A stretch of DNA of 61,312 nucleotides from a virus (lineage: Duplodnaviria; Caudoviricetes): the IMG/VR virus record IMGVR_UViG_3300017727_000008, positions 1 to 61,312 of that record; one strand, given 5' to 3'. This document shows positions 8,990 to 18,533 of the stretch, one piece after another (the first letter of the stretch is position 1; each line of letters opens with the position of its first letter). A program made the position numbers and the translations under genes. The notes under the pieces are model-generated. The model made no database searches. It was given only the letters and a program-made list of their open reading frames with translations, and was not told where the DNA came from.

Positions 8990-9286
8990 CTACTTACCAA
9001 TGTGTTTTATATCACTTTTTGGAATAACCTGATAAGCACCCTTATTGTACGCAGGAGCAACAGTAAAGTTCTTGGACTCTTCCAACTGGAAGGTAATGTC
9101 CCTATCAGGGGTATAGGCAGTAAGAGGCACAGACTTAGTCTCAGTCTCGGTTCTCCACGCAGGGCCCACACTGTAGGACTTCATCGTCTTGAACTCAGGT
9201 TTGTACTTCTTGGTTTTTGACCATGCTTTGGTCTTGCGTTTACGACCAGACTGATCGTATTTCATAGATCCGTGGAATGATTGCAT
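8990..9286 (-). CDS. conserved hypothetical phage protein
   Basis: ATG 9286 after GAGG; C-terminal TVAPAYNKGAYQVI...IG motif common in T4-like phages. Confidence 0.6.
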   Translation of the reverse strand: MQSFHGSMKYDQSGRKRKTKAWSKTKKYKPEFKTMKSYSVGPAWRTETETKSVPLTAYTPDRDITFQLEESKNFTVAPAYNKGAYQVIPKSDIKHIGK

Positions 9287-9311
9287 AGGTACCTCTCGAA
9301 TATATATTAAC

Positions 9312-9340
9312 ATCATACAGACAAAAACATATTTTGTCAA
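9312..9340 (-). promoter_or_regulatory. sigma70-type promoter
   Basis: TTGACA-17-TATGAT. Confidence 0.65.
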
Positions 9341-9351
9341 GTCTTTTTTTG

Positions 9352-9359
9352 TATAAATA
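9352..9359 (+). promoter_or_regulatory. T4-type late promoter TATAAATA
   Basis: Exact consensus 5 bp upstream of ATG 9365, heading the + strand operon. Confidence 0.7.
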
Positions 9360-9364
9360 AACAC

Positions 9365-9631
9365 ATGACTAAAGAACTATTCGATTTCGGGTTTACCCTA
9401 GTAGACGAAGACGAACTGGAGGCAGTGCAGCAAGCACAGTCTAAGGTTGCGTCCGTGTCCGACTCTGTGTCAGAAACCCAAGAAAAACTGGACAGTCTGT
9501 TCAATGCGATCCAACCATTGCTGAACAACCTGAAACAAAACCCTCAGAAAGAGTATATCCTCTGGCCCAATCGACTTGAGAAGATTGAGCAGTTCGAGGA
9601 CTATATACAGAATATCTACAAGGGTCAGTAA
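9365..9631 (+). CDS. conserved hypothetical protein
   Basis: FDFGFTLVDEDEL...PLLNNLKQNPQKEYILWPNR. Confidence 0.65.
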   Translation: MTKELFDFGFTLVDEDELEAVQQAQSKVASVSDSVSETQEKLDSLFNAIQPLLNNLKQNPQKEYILWPNRLEKIEQFEDYIQNIYKGQ

Positions 9632-10440
9632 TGCTACTATACAGATGTCACCCAATCAGTCAGAACCAGAACGCTATCGTAAACCTTAATAGAAAGGAAG
9701 AACTGTTCAAGGCTGTCTCGGAAGCACTTCCCAAGTATAAAGGGAAGACATTGCATCCGAATGATCATATTGGGTTGGTAACTGACGCATCTGTCCTTTC
9801 AGGATTGTTGACTCTATCTGGATACAAAAATGTCCTTGTGGTGACTTCGTTTGCAGATAAAGATTATGATACCGTAGTTAAGGGTCACCAAGCACACAAG
9901 AGTGCGGGAGATCATCTGGTACCAATAGTCCATGAGGCAGCGGGAACCACGATGAACATGTATGTAACCAAGGTAAAGTCTGGTGATTGGTTCACCCCAT
10001 TCTATGAGTCATATGGTGTCAAGACATTAGATGTTGATTCACCTTTTGCACTAGATAGTACATTCAAAATTAAACCTCCGGCTGATGTCAAGTTTGATGC
10101 TGTTGTTCTACTGGGTTGTGATGCATACTCAAAAGGGAAGTTTAACGTAAAGGATATCAAGGAAACATTTACCAGATATTGCACACCAGAGTTTGATCTT
10201 ATTGATGTGTATCGTCATGAGAACGACACAAGAAGTATCGTGGGCAGTACTCCGAAACAAAATACAGTTATTGCCCAGACAATGTTTCAGGCAGTCAACA
10301 CTCCGAAGAAACTTATAGATAAGACCAATGGCGCTTTTGTTAATCGTGAACTTGAGATGCCCAATATGAGAAGTGTGATCTTATACAGTAGACTTGCATC
10401 CAACATTATCAATGTTGATAAATGGTATAAGGTTTACTAA
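9631..10440 (+). CDS. hypothetical protein, paralogue of 10440..11285
   Basis: Shares VKFDxVxLxG, DIKxxFxxYCTPxFDL and terminal YKVY with the next ORF. Confidence 0.65.
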   Translation: MLLYRCHPISQNQNAIVNLNRKEELFKAVSEALPKYKGKTLHPNDHIGLVTDASVLSGLLTLSGYKNVLVVTSFADKDYDTVVKGHQAHKSAGDHLVPIVHEAAGTTMNMYVTKVKSGDWFTPFYESYGVKTLDVDSPFALDSTFKIKPPADVKFDAVVLLGCDAYSKGKFNVKDIKETFTRYCTPEFDLIDVYRHENDTRSIVGSTPKQNTVIAQTMFQAVNTPKKLIDKTNGAFVNRELEMPNMRSVILYSRLASNIINVDKWYKVY

Positions 10441-11285
10441 TGTACGATACAATGTATAACATAGTCACTGGAGTGAACGACGATAGAAGCTATCGGGTCT
10501 CACTGATCCCAGAATTGAACGATTATAAATTCAGGAATCTAGTACGAGAAAGAATCAAGGGATACACATCTACCCTGTTGACAGACAAGATTCTTGGTAC
10601 AGAACGACATATTCCACAGTCACTATTACTTAACAACATTCTGAGTGCGAAACAGTACCAGAATGTTCTGTTCGTTCCTTCGTTTAGAAACACTCTATAT
10701 CCTAGAATGATGGACGAATCCTACATTCTAAATGTACCTAATATAAATTATCATATGATGCCGTGCACTAACAAGTACTACGAACTGCCATCAAATATGT
10801 ATGTTGCATATCCAGAAGGTCACACAAGTGTGTACCACGATTTGATGGACGGATTTGGTGTAACTTTTTGCAGGTCTAATGGAATGTACACGATGGGAGA
10901 CTCAGCATATGAAGTGTCACCACCCGAAGGTGTAAAGTTTGACTGCGTCTTTCTGGCAGGACATCCCATGCCATCGGAAGACATATATTTTAATGCCGAA
11001 GACATTAAGAATGACTTCGCTTCATACTGCACACCAGACTTTGATCTACATGATGTGCGTAGGCGTTCATTATATAAAGAAGAATATCTGAGAGGAAATC
11101 CTCATCTCAACAATGTTGAAGCGCCACCTCGACTAGTGGGCGAGACAAAGGACATGACTGATGTGTTTACGTATGTATTAGAAAATTCATACAGACCCGA
11201 TTTTCACGGTGACGAACTCCTGACTGACATGTTTACTGGATATAAAATGTTACCCCACTTCCAAAAATCATACAAGGTATATTAA
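10440..11285 (+). CDS. hypothetical protein, paralogue of 9631..10440
   Basis: Same shared motifs; TAATG coupling. Confidence 0.65.
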   Translation: MYDTMYNIVTGVNDDRSYRVSLIPELNDYKFRNLVRERIKGYTSTLLTDKILGTERHIPQSLLLNNILSAKQYQNVLFVPSFRNTLYPRMMDESYILNVPNINYHMMPCTNKYYELPSNMYVAYPEGHTSVYHDLMDGFGVTFCRSNGMYTMGDSAYEVSPPEGVKFDCVFLAGHPMPSEDIYFNAEDIKNDFASYCTPDFDLHDVRRRSLYKEEYLRGNPHLNNVEAPPRLVGETKDMTDVFTYVLENSYRPDFHGDELLTDMFTGYKMLPHFQKSYKVY

Positions 11286-11286
11286 A

Positions 11287-11970
11287 ATGATTAAGTTCAA
11301 GAAATTCATGGTCGAGGGTGTAGATGACCCCGCAATCTTCAAGGCAGTATTCCTTGCGGGTGGGCCTGGATCTGGCAAATCTTTCATTGCTGGTAAGACG
11401 GGTCTTACTTCTCTTGGATTAAAATTAGTAAACTCAGATGATGCCTTTGAGCGAATGCTCAAGAAAGCAGGCATGGAGCCCACACCTAAAAACATGTTTT
11501 CTCCCAAGGGACAGGAGATTCGCCAAAAAGCGAAGACTGTCACTGGCATGAGACAGAAAGGTTACATTGGTGGAAGGTTAGGTCTTGTCATCGATGGCAC
11601 CGGCAAAGATTTCGGTAAGATTCAAAAGCAAGCCACTGCTCTAAAGAAATTAGGGTACGATGTGGCTATGATCTTTGTTAACACTGACTTAGAGACTGCA
11701 CAAAGACGCAATAAAATGCGGGCCCGTTCACTGCCTACCGCTGCGGTAACTGGTATGTGGAAAGATGTGCAGAATAATCTCGGTAAGTTTCAGAACTTTT
11801 TTAACCGTGGCTCTGAAATGATCATTGTCGATAACTCAGAAGAATCTGATTCTGAAGGAGCAATCTTAGGTGCATATCGAAAAATGAGTGCATGGGTAAA
11901 GCGACCTCCCACTTCGCCTGCTGCAAAGCAATGGATCAAGAAGGAAAGAGAAGCAAAGAGGAGAGATTAA
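11287..11970 (+). CDS. P-loop kinase, zeta-toxin/AAA_33-like, with capsid-targeting-like N-terminus
   Basis: Walker A GGPGSGKS, VNSDD, LVIDGTG, RNKMRARS; starts MIKFKKFMVE. Confidence 0.75.
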   Translation: MIKFKKFMVEGVDDPAIFKAVFLAGGPGSGKSFIAGKTGLTSLGLKLVNSDDAFERMLKKAGMEPTPKNMFSPKGQEIRQKAKTVTGMRQKGYIGGRLGLVIDGTGKDFGKIQKQATALKKLGYDVAMIFVNTDLETAQRRNKMRARSLPTAAVTGMWKDVQNNLGKFQNFFNRGSEMIIVDNSEESDSEGAILGAYRKMSAWVKRPPTSPAAKQWIKKEREAKRRD

Positions 11971-12182
11971 CCCCAACGATCCCAGAAGTCCACATTGTTG
12001 GCCACCTCGTTCCAAGTAAGAGCAAACAGAATAAAACCTGCGGCAAAACTAAGGGGTTGACTCTGCGTCAGCCCGATTAGAACTTGAAATACTCCGATGA
12101 TAAGACCCAGTTTATACTTCACCCTGTCCCAGACATCCACTACACGATCCCATATCACCTGAAGTTTTAGTTTCCAGTCCAT
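11967..12182 (-). CDS. small membrane protein
   Basis: Two hydrophobic helices; GAGG RBS. Confidence 0.5.
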   Translation of the reverse strand: MDWKLKLQVIWDRVVDVWDRVKYKLGLIIGVFQVLIGLTQSQPLSFAAGFILFALTWNEVANNVDFWDRWG

Positions 12183-12185
12183 ACT

Positions 12186-12368
12186 TTACTCCTCTGCGTA
12201 AACGAATTGATTGTCATCATCAACAATTACAAGTTTCTGCCCGACACCACATACTTCATCACGGTAGTTAGAAAGTTCAACATCAGACACCATATTCAAA
12301 TCAAACCCCTTGTCCATACGAACAAGTACATGATTCTCGCATCGTGCGAGATTTAACCCATCAATCAT
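12186..12368 (-). CDS. hypothetical protein
   Basis: Overlap-coupled small ORF. Confidence 0.45.
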   Translation of the reverse strand: MIDGLNLARCENHVLVRMDKGFDLNMVSDVELSNYRDEVCGVGQKLVIVDDDNQFVYAEE

Positions 12369-13011
12369 TATTTATCACCTTACCTTTATTATTTACCACT
12401 TTTATTTCGACATTATCTCCCACAGGAATCTTGATATTCGGGTGAACATGATACAATACAAACTTAGTATCAGGAAACTCCTTGAACATCTCAACCCATA
12501 TGGGTCTCCAGTTATCAGCAAGTCTAACTGTGTTTGCTGTGCCACGATCACTTTCCAACAATAGGTCAGTGAAACTATCAAGATTCATATCAAAGATACT
12601 ATCGAATCCATATATATGTACTTCATCAGCCTGCATTTTATTACACGCATAATGGACTGCCATATGACCGCAATTAAAGTTAGTTGCAGCATATCTAACA
12701 TCACCGTTCACCGCCGCATACTTGGGCACATGTCCATAGAATCCTTTGATTAGATGTGAGTACTTCATATAGAAAGTTCCAGAATTTTCCATCCAAATCT
12801 TTGGTCTAGTACCCAGAACCCAATCATACATATCCAATTGAATATGTCCTTCCTGTAGTGCCTTCATCATCTTGAAGTCTACCATACAGGTTGCCCACAC
12901 CTCTTGCCTTGGAATAGCAAAGGGTGGCATGTTACATACCAATAGTTTTCCAGGCGTACCCCGTTGGAAAAGTCCAGCGTTATCACCATTACCCAGAACA
13001 TTCACTCTCAT
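12361..13011 (-). CDS. putative glycosyltransferase-like protein (GT29/MAF-like Rossmann)
   Basis: VNVLGNG...CN and NCGHMAV...IYGFDS motifs. Confidence 0.45.
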   Translation of the reverse strand: MRVNVLGNGDNAGLFQRGTPGKLLVCNMPPFAIPRQEVWATCMVDFKMMKALQEGHIQLDMYDWVLGTRPKIWMENSGTFYMKYSHLIKGFYGHVPKYAAVNGDVRYAATNFNCGHMAVHYACNKMQADEVHIYGFDSIFDMNLDSFTDLLLESDRGTANTVRLADNWRPIWVEMFKEFPDTKFVLYHVHPNIKIPVGDNVEIKVVNNKGKVINND

Positions 13012-13418
13012 AATATAACAAACTTCCTATTCTCAATGTGAGCTTCTTCAATATCTTCTTTAGACTGACCCATGTAACGCACCGCATGATGTTTCTCAAT
13101 CATGTACTCGTTGACTGACTTATCAGAATAAGTAGAGGTTCTCCACAGTTCACCAAGGATACGACCATACTTACCCTTACCATCCTTATGAGTCCTCAGT
13201 GTAACACCTTTAGGATCATCAAGTAGACCGTACAAGAAGTCTTTGGCAGCAAGACCATACTTCTTCTCTTCGAGGTCACGGGTACGTGATTCAGGTGTAT
13301 CAATACCATACATCCGAATACGTTGTTTACGCATCCACACACCAAACCCCAAGTCAATGTCTACATCAACGGTATCACCATCAACGACTCTTACGACATT
13401 ACATCTATATTCAAACAT
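13008..13418 (-). CDS. thermonuclease (SNase-like)
   Basis: RVVDGDTVD, RIRMYGIDTPE, GKYGRILG. Confidence 0.85.
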   Translation of the reverse strand: MFEYRCNVVRVVDGDTVDVDIDLGFGVWMRKQRIRMYGIDTPESRTRDLEEKKYGLAAKDFLYGLLDDPKGVTLRTHKDGKGKYGRILGELWRTSTYSDKSVNEYMIEKHHAVRYMGQSKEDIEEAHIENRKFVIL

Positions 13419-13608
13419 TTAAGTACCTTATCACTTCAAGTTTATCTTCGGCTTCTGCGATTTTAGCAATCTCCTTTTCAATAGTTTCCACTATATCCGA
13501 ATGTTCTCCGATACCGGCGGCATTCTGAATATAGACTTGTATATTCGCCTTTGCCACCGCAACCTCACCTTCAAGTTTCTTTTCAAGAGCTTCTATTAAA
13601 AAATTCAT
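13411..13608 (-). CDS. conserved hypothetical coiled-coil protein
   Basis: AKANIQVY..NAAGIGEHSDI motif. Confidence 0.6.
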   Translation of the reverse strand: MNFLIEALEKKLEGEVAVAKANIQVYIQNAAGIGEHSDIVETIEKEIAKIAEAEDKLEVIRYLNV

Positions 13609-14264
13609 ATCATTTGTTCCCGTATTATTTCTTTACCCTTCGCCCCAGTGTGATGTATAATCTTAGGATTTTTTACATCGACACCATCTATGTAGTCTAA
13701 TCTTAACGTATTGTATGTATGTGGTAGAGGATTGATGCATGTCAACTTTTTCAACTCATCACCACCCATCATCAAATATAGTACTTCTTGATCACCTTGA
13801 ACTGGATCTTGAATACATTGGTCTGCCCACGCCAGTAGTATGTTTGGAGTTCCTTCTACCAAGACCACCCCTGAGTTATACCAATCACCCAACTCGTTCC
13901 TGCGACTAGACCACGGCCTGTCCTTGATCATACCCAATCTACCCTGTTCAGACAGATTAAATATCCCTGAGATATCAGATGTTACCTCACAGTCAGTATC
14001 CATCCAACATGTCTTACTCACACCGTTTAGTCTAGTCGCATCAATAATCGCACGGGGTTTCTTAAACCACCCTCTTGCATTACTCTTGATTTCAATCACT
14101 AGATCGAAGTTGTTCTGAGCAAACTCAAGTCCCTCATTACTCATACCAAAGTCAGCGCACACTATGGGAGTATCATTGTGGTTCTTGTACTTGTTTATGA
14201 ACCAAGATAACTGCCACTCAGTGTTGATGTCACACCCTGTTAAAAATATGTTCAAATTAGACAT
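13605..14264 (-). CDS. GT-A glycosyltransferase (GT8/nucleotide-diphospho-sugar transferase-like)
   Basis: WMDTD (DxD), YNSGVV, GDQEVL, IIHHTG. Confidence 0.7.
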   Translation of the reverse strand: MSNLNIFLTGCDINTEWQLSWFINKYKNHNDTPIVCADFGMSNEGLEFAQNNFDLVIEIKSNARGWFKKPRAIIDATRLNGVSKTCWMDTDCEVTSDISGIFNLSEQGRLGMIKDRPWSSRRNELGDWYNSGVVLVEGTPNILLAWADQCIQDPVQGDQEVLYLMMGGDELKKLTCINPLPHTYNTLRLDYIDGVDVKNPKIIHHTGAKGKEIIREQMI

Positions 14265-14904
14265 TAATTATTTCATACTTATCGTCGTAGTTGTGTTTTG
14301 CAAGACAACCACGTTCTACTTGTATTGTAGTAAAACTATCGTCAGCGTGAGCGACAAAAGGATAGTGTTCCTGTAACCAAGGGAACACGCCAAGATGCAT
14401 ATAAACATCAGTCGGTTTTGCGTATGTAGGGGCATTCTCTACCAATAGTCTTGCACCCGCCGGAGTCACCATGTACGCATGAGCGCCCGGAAAATAACTT
14501 TTGGTTGTCAAACGGTTCACCCCAATTTGTTGAGGAGTGTTCCATTTACCATAGGATGGCGCACCAATATTCATCACATAACTGAAAGGTGTTGTAGGAA
14601 TAGGAGTATCCAAGACAGCATCATGCTCAAAGATAGCAAAGGGTTCTGTTCCAGATCCACACCGTTTCCACAGAGTGTGGTGTGAGAGGAATGCGGCCAT
14701 GCAGTTCAGGTTGCGGGAGTATACTTCATCAAACCGTTCAGGATCAATACCCTCCTTCTCAAGCATCGATACGGGATCGTCCTTGGGTGTGATAGCATTG
14801 AACATTTTGATATCAACGCCATGACGATCACCACTCCAGATACATCGTTCTGCGGATCTTAATGATTTCTCATTATCTGCTATACCAATTACGAACGCTT
14901 TCAT
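14257..14904 (-). CDS. glycosyltransferase family 25-like
   Basis: FNAITP, FLSHHTLW, IFEHDA, GAHAYMVTP. Confidence 0.75.
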   Translation of the reverse strand: MKAFVIGIADNEKSLRSAERCIWSGDRHGVDIKMFNAITPKDDPVSMLEKEGIDPERFDEVYSRNLNCMAAFLSHHTLWKRCGSGTEPFAIFEHDAVLDTPIPTTPFSYVMNIGAPSYGKWNTPQQIGVNRLTTKSYFPGAHAYMVTPAGARLLVENAPTYAKPTDVYMHLGVFPWLQEHYPFVAHADDSFTTIQVERGCLAKHNYDDKYEIINV

Positions 14905-15101
14905 ACTAAAAAGTTTATCTGACTTGAGTTGGTTGAGGTAGTAAGTTTCCCGTTATAATCATATGTAGTCACAATATAAGTCGTTTGCTGGATCTTGTGT
15001 TGTCCATCAGGAGCACGGTTTACTCGTTCAACTGTATATGTCTGATCCGACATTCGGGGTAGATATGATACCGGAGGTATTGCGTTATTATTTTCTATCA
15101 T
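14901..15101 (-). CDS. hypothetical protein
   Basis: Fills the gap between GT25 genes with ATGA overlaps. Confidence 0.45.
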   Translation of the reverse strand: MIENNNAIPPVSYLPRMSDQTYTVERVNRAPDGQHKIQQTTYIVTTYDYNGKLTTSTNSSQINFLV

Positions 15102-15817
15102 TTCGTTGTGGTTGATTTCAACCCTCTTTGTATGGTGGTGTAATATGGATAAACTACTCGTAACCAAGGAAACAGTTGTTTACACATCAACGCATCGTTT
15201 GGCCACATTCCAATCTCTTCCACTTTATTTAGTAATTTCTTTGCTGCCTTTGGTGATATCAGATATGCAGAGTTACCTGCCAATCCTTGGGGAACCTCCG
15301 AAGTATCAACATTTGGTACAGATTGAACTCCCATTTGGGAACTCACCGCATTATGAAATATATCTGATCTTCGAGTTGCACCCCGTGGATCATTGAGGCC
15401 TATTATACCACCCTTCCACTGTTCTGTCAAGTCACTTGTCGCAAACTTTCTAGTGAATAGTGCATCATGTTCTAGGACAACAATTGGATCACTACCTTCA
15501 GCACACATCTTCCAACACCTCATGTGGGAGATCATACATGCTACACGGTTGGCGTGATTCTTGGTTTCATAATGACGAAGATATAATCCCGTTTTGAAAT
15601 CAAGACCATCATCTTCTGGTTTGACTGGATATGTCCACTTTGCCCCAGACATCTCTAGACACTTCAGACCCTCGTCAATAGTCGATGGTGTTGTCGCGGG
15701 TAGTATTATGGGTTCTAGTTCAGACTCAGTTTTCTTTATGGATTCAATGACCAACCGTGTGGCCACGGTTGCCTCATGATTATTTACTAGACTGATTATG
15801 AAGGCTTTCGTCAACAT
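15098..15817 (-). CDS. glycosyltransferase family 25-like
   Basis: ACMISHMRCW, VLEHDA, GNSAYLISPKAAKKLL. Confidence 0.75.
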   Translation of the reverse strand: MLTKAFIISLVNNHEATVATRLVIESIKKTESELEPIILPATTPSTIDEGLKCLEMSGAKWTYPVKPEDDGLDFKTGLYLRHYETKNHANRVACMISHMRCWKMCAEGSDPIVVLEHDALFTRKFATSDLTEQWKGGIIGLNDPRGATRRSDIFHNAVSSQMGVQSVPNVDTSEVPQGLAGNSAYLISPKAAKKLLNKVEEIGMWPNDALMCKQLFPWLRVVYPYYTTIQRGLKSTTTK

Positions 15818-16613
15818 CTTTTACATATTCCCAACGGGCAGATAGATAACAACCACCATGATAACTCTTATGATAATATCCAAAGGGTTCAGATAGTATT
15901 TGATACCACCCCTCTTCTGCGCTTTTTAGTTCTTTGTTCTTATATAGAGAATCCACTAAATCGATGTCCCAGCAATCTCTGGGGTGGATGATCAGGGCAT
16001 CGTTGATGTAGTAGGTGGTTTCCTTACCCATCGGTTTTAGTTCATTGAACTTGTGGGTGCCATAGTAGTTCATACAGTTGAATCCGATAGGCATATCTTT
16101 ATCGTATGACTCTTGGATCAGTTCTCCCCACGGAATCTGATCAGACACAACAACATCAAAACGACTACGCACGATCATATCATACTCATCAGGTATTGAT
16201 TTCATCATCTCGTTGTGAATCAAAAGTTGTTTGTGCCAGTTCGCACATGCGTGTGCGTGTACCAGTTGACTGTTGGTATAGATGGTATCATCCAGTCCAA
16301 CCGCATACCGCATCTTAGATACCCTCTCCCTCTCCAACATATGAGGAAAAATATCTCGTCGTAACTCACTAGCAGAATCGGGATAGGCCTCAGTATCAAA
16401 GACAGGATGATACTCATTCTTAGGTTCATCAAAGTAGAAGTCGGGTGAGAACCCAACCTGTTTCATGTGCACCTCACCATAGAGACCATATATCTGGTTA
16501 CTCCACGTTCCGGTATAGACTTTGTCGTGAGGGACATGTTGCTTGGTTCTTTCTATCCACTTAGGGTCACAGTGTTGATTCCACCTACCGGATAAACATA
16601 ATGCAGTCTTCAT
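15780..16613 (-). CDS. putative glycan-modifying protein
   Basis: MKTALCLSG...YDMIVRSRFD motif, as in phage glycosyltransferase-like proteins; similar to 23576..24439. Confidence 0.5.
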   Translation of the reverse strand: MKTALCLSGRWNQHCDPKWIERTKQHVPHDKVYTGTWSNQIYGLYGEVHMKQVGFSPDFYFDEPKNEYHPVFDTEAYPDSASELRRDIFPHMLERERVSKMRYAVGLDDTIYTNSQLVHAHACANWHKQLLIHNEMMKSIPDEYDMIVRSRFDVVVSDQIPWGELIQESYDKDMPIGFNCMNYYGTHKFNELKPMGKETTYYINDALIIHPRDCWDIDLVDSLYKNKELKSAEEGWYQILSEPFGYYHKSYHGGCYLSARWEYVKDVDESLHNQSSK

Positions 16614-16614
16614 A

Positions 16615-17955
16615 CTATCTAATGGAGAATAGGTAACTTTCCAGATCTTCAGGAGTACCCAGACCAGCCATACCGTCTGCCTCGTAGGATAGGATCTTCT
16701 TACCGCCTAGGATTGCCTGATTGAATACAGGACAGACATAGTACTCACCGTTGACCTTCTTCCGAGATGCAATCATATCTTTTGTATATTCAACGTAATC
16801 TTCACCACGTTTCCAGTAGTAGAATCCCACTGTTGCATTATCACTGATAGGGTTCTTCTCTGCCACCTCAGTAACCAAACCTTCAGGACTCACCTTTGCA
16901 TACGACCACTTAGGATGTGTTGCTTTGAAAGTAACAATACCACCATCCGCATCATGTTCATTCATCTTGTACATGAAGTCTAGTGAACTCCAATCTACAT
17001 GTTGATCTGAGTTAGCAATGAATAACGGGTTCTCGTTGTCAATGTATTCCTCTGCGAGTAGAGTCGTACATGCAGCACCCTCTGTCACCCCATCAACCTC
17101 TACTATCTTACAGTTTGGTGCGATCAGATTTAACATGGTGTCTAGGTTATACTTCTCGCGATGATCCTTCTGTACCACGAAGATATAGTTGGCCTCCATA
17201 CCAATGTTATCAACCACATGTTGAATCATCGGTTTGCCATTGACATCTATCAGAGGTTTGGGGAAAGTGTATCCAGCATCAGCAAACCGACTACCCGCAC
17301 CCGCCATGGGTATCAATACATTCAGTTTCTCATCTTTCCACACAGGAGTAATAATTTTCTCTGACTTGATCTTATTAATCAAGTATATATCGACCTCTTC
17401 AGGAGATGATACCCTAATAACATTCGCACCGGACAAATACGCAGACTCAAGTCCAGCCGGTGAGTCTTCTACGATCACCGTCTCTTCAGGTAGAACTCCA
17501 ACCTCGGTCATTGCTTTCCAGTAGATCTCTGGGTGGGGTTTAGGATTCGACACATCACTACTAGTCAATCTCACACTTAGATACGGAGACAATAACATCT
17601 GATCTAATATATTATCAACGGTTTTTTCAATGGCATTTGAGCACACACCAATCGCATATCCCTCTTGCCGTAACTGTTCAAACAGGTCTAGGATGTCATG
17701 ATTACGCGCAACTGTGCGTAGTGCCATAAAGGTATATTTTTGTTTTGAATTGAAGATTCTGTCTTGAAAGTCATCTGATACGTTCATCATATCTAACTTT
17801 CGTTTTGTAGTCAGACCATCATACTTTATCGTATGGTTATGTTCCTCTATTGGAGAGTATCCATTCTCAACAAGTGCTCTATTGAGTGCTTCAAAGTGAA
17901 TCTTCTTGGTGTCAACAAGGACACCATCCAAGTCAAATAGTACAAGTTTTATCAT
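16615..17955 (-). CDS. HAD phosphatase / sugar-nucleotidyltransferase fusion
   Basis: N-terminal FDLDGVLVDT, KPHPEIY, VEDS; C-terminal IPMAGAGSRF..PKPLI, LGTPEDL. ATG at 17955. Confidence 0.85.
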   Translation of the reverse strand: MIKLVLFDLDGVLVDTKKIHFEALNRALVENGYSPIEEHNHTIKYDGLTTKRKLDMMNVSDDFQDRIFNSKQKYTFMALRTVARNHDILDLFEQLRQEGYAIGVCSNAIEKTVDNILDQMLLSPYLSVRLTSSDVSNPKPHPEIYWKAMTEVGVLPEETVIVEDSPAGLESAYLSGANVIRVSSPEEVDIYLINKIKSEKIITPVWKDEKLNVLIPMAGAGSRFADAGYTFPKPLIDVNGKPMIQHVVDNIGMEANYIFVVQKDHREKYNLDTMLNLIAPNCKIVEVDGVTEGAACTTLLAEEYIDNENPLFIANSDQHVDWSSLDFMYKMNEHDADGGIVTFKATHPKWSYAKVSPEGLVTEVAEKNPISDNATVGFYYWKRGEDYVEYTKDMIASRKKVNGEYYVCPVFNQAILGGKKILSYEADGMAGLGTPEDLESYLFSIR

Positions 17956-18533
17956 TTCATCCTCTGAATTACAGTGTAACCAACATTGGCGGTTCCACGT
18001 TCTACTATTTCCCACTGGTTAATTTCTTTACAAAAAGTCTCAATTACTGGATATAGGCCTGGCGCGTCCGGTATTGTCGTATCATGAAAGACGATATAAT
18101 CACTCACCCACGATTCATGTAATCTCAACTCATGATCTAAATACCGAGGTCTATGTACCGAGTCAATCAACAGCACTTCAGTTCGACTCAATGATTCAAG
18201 CGCGTGACTACTAGACTCTTTCACTATCAAATCAATATTATGTTCGTCACAGTAAGACTCAAAGAGATGTTTACTTTTATTATACTTCTCAAGATTGATA
18301 TCAACAAGTTGAACTTTACTAGGTTTACTCATCAACGCACATGCGGCAGTGGCCCCTTGGTGCGTACCAAGTTCTTTGTAGGTGTTGCACTTCTCTAGGA
18401 GTCGTGTTATAACATCATGTTGATCACAATAGTTATCTCCGTGATATTCTTCCTGTTGACTTCGGATGGATTTATAAAACTCTTCCAGTGTCTTACAGTG
18501 GTCTACTTCGGCGGTGATCATGTTTGTTTCCAA
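17952..18533 (-). CDS. class I SAM methyltransferase (Methyltransf_24-like)
   Basis: ELGTHQG, LLIDSVH, IVFHDT. Confidence 0.65.
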   Translation of the reverse strand: METNMITAEVDHCKTLEEFYKSIRSQQEEYHGDNYCDQHDVITRLLEKCNTYKELGTHQGATAACALMSKPSKVQLVDINLEKYNKSKHLFESYCDEHNIDLIVKESSSHALESLSRTEVLLIDSVHRPRYLDHELRLHESWVSDYIVFHDTTIPDAPGLYPVIETFCKEINQWEIVERGTANVGYTVIQRMK

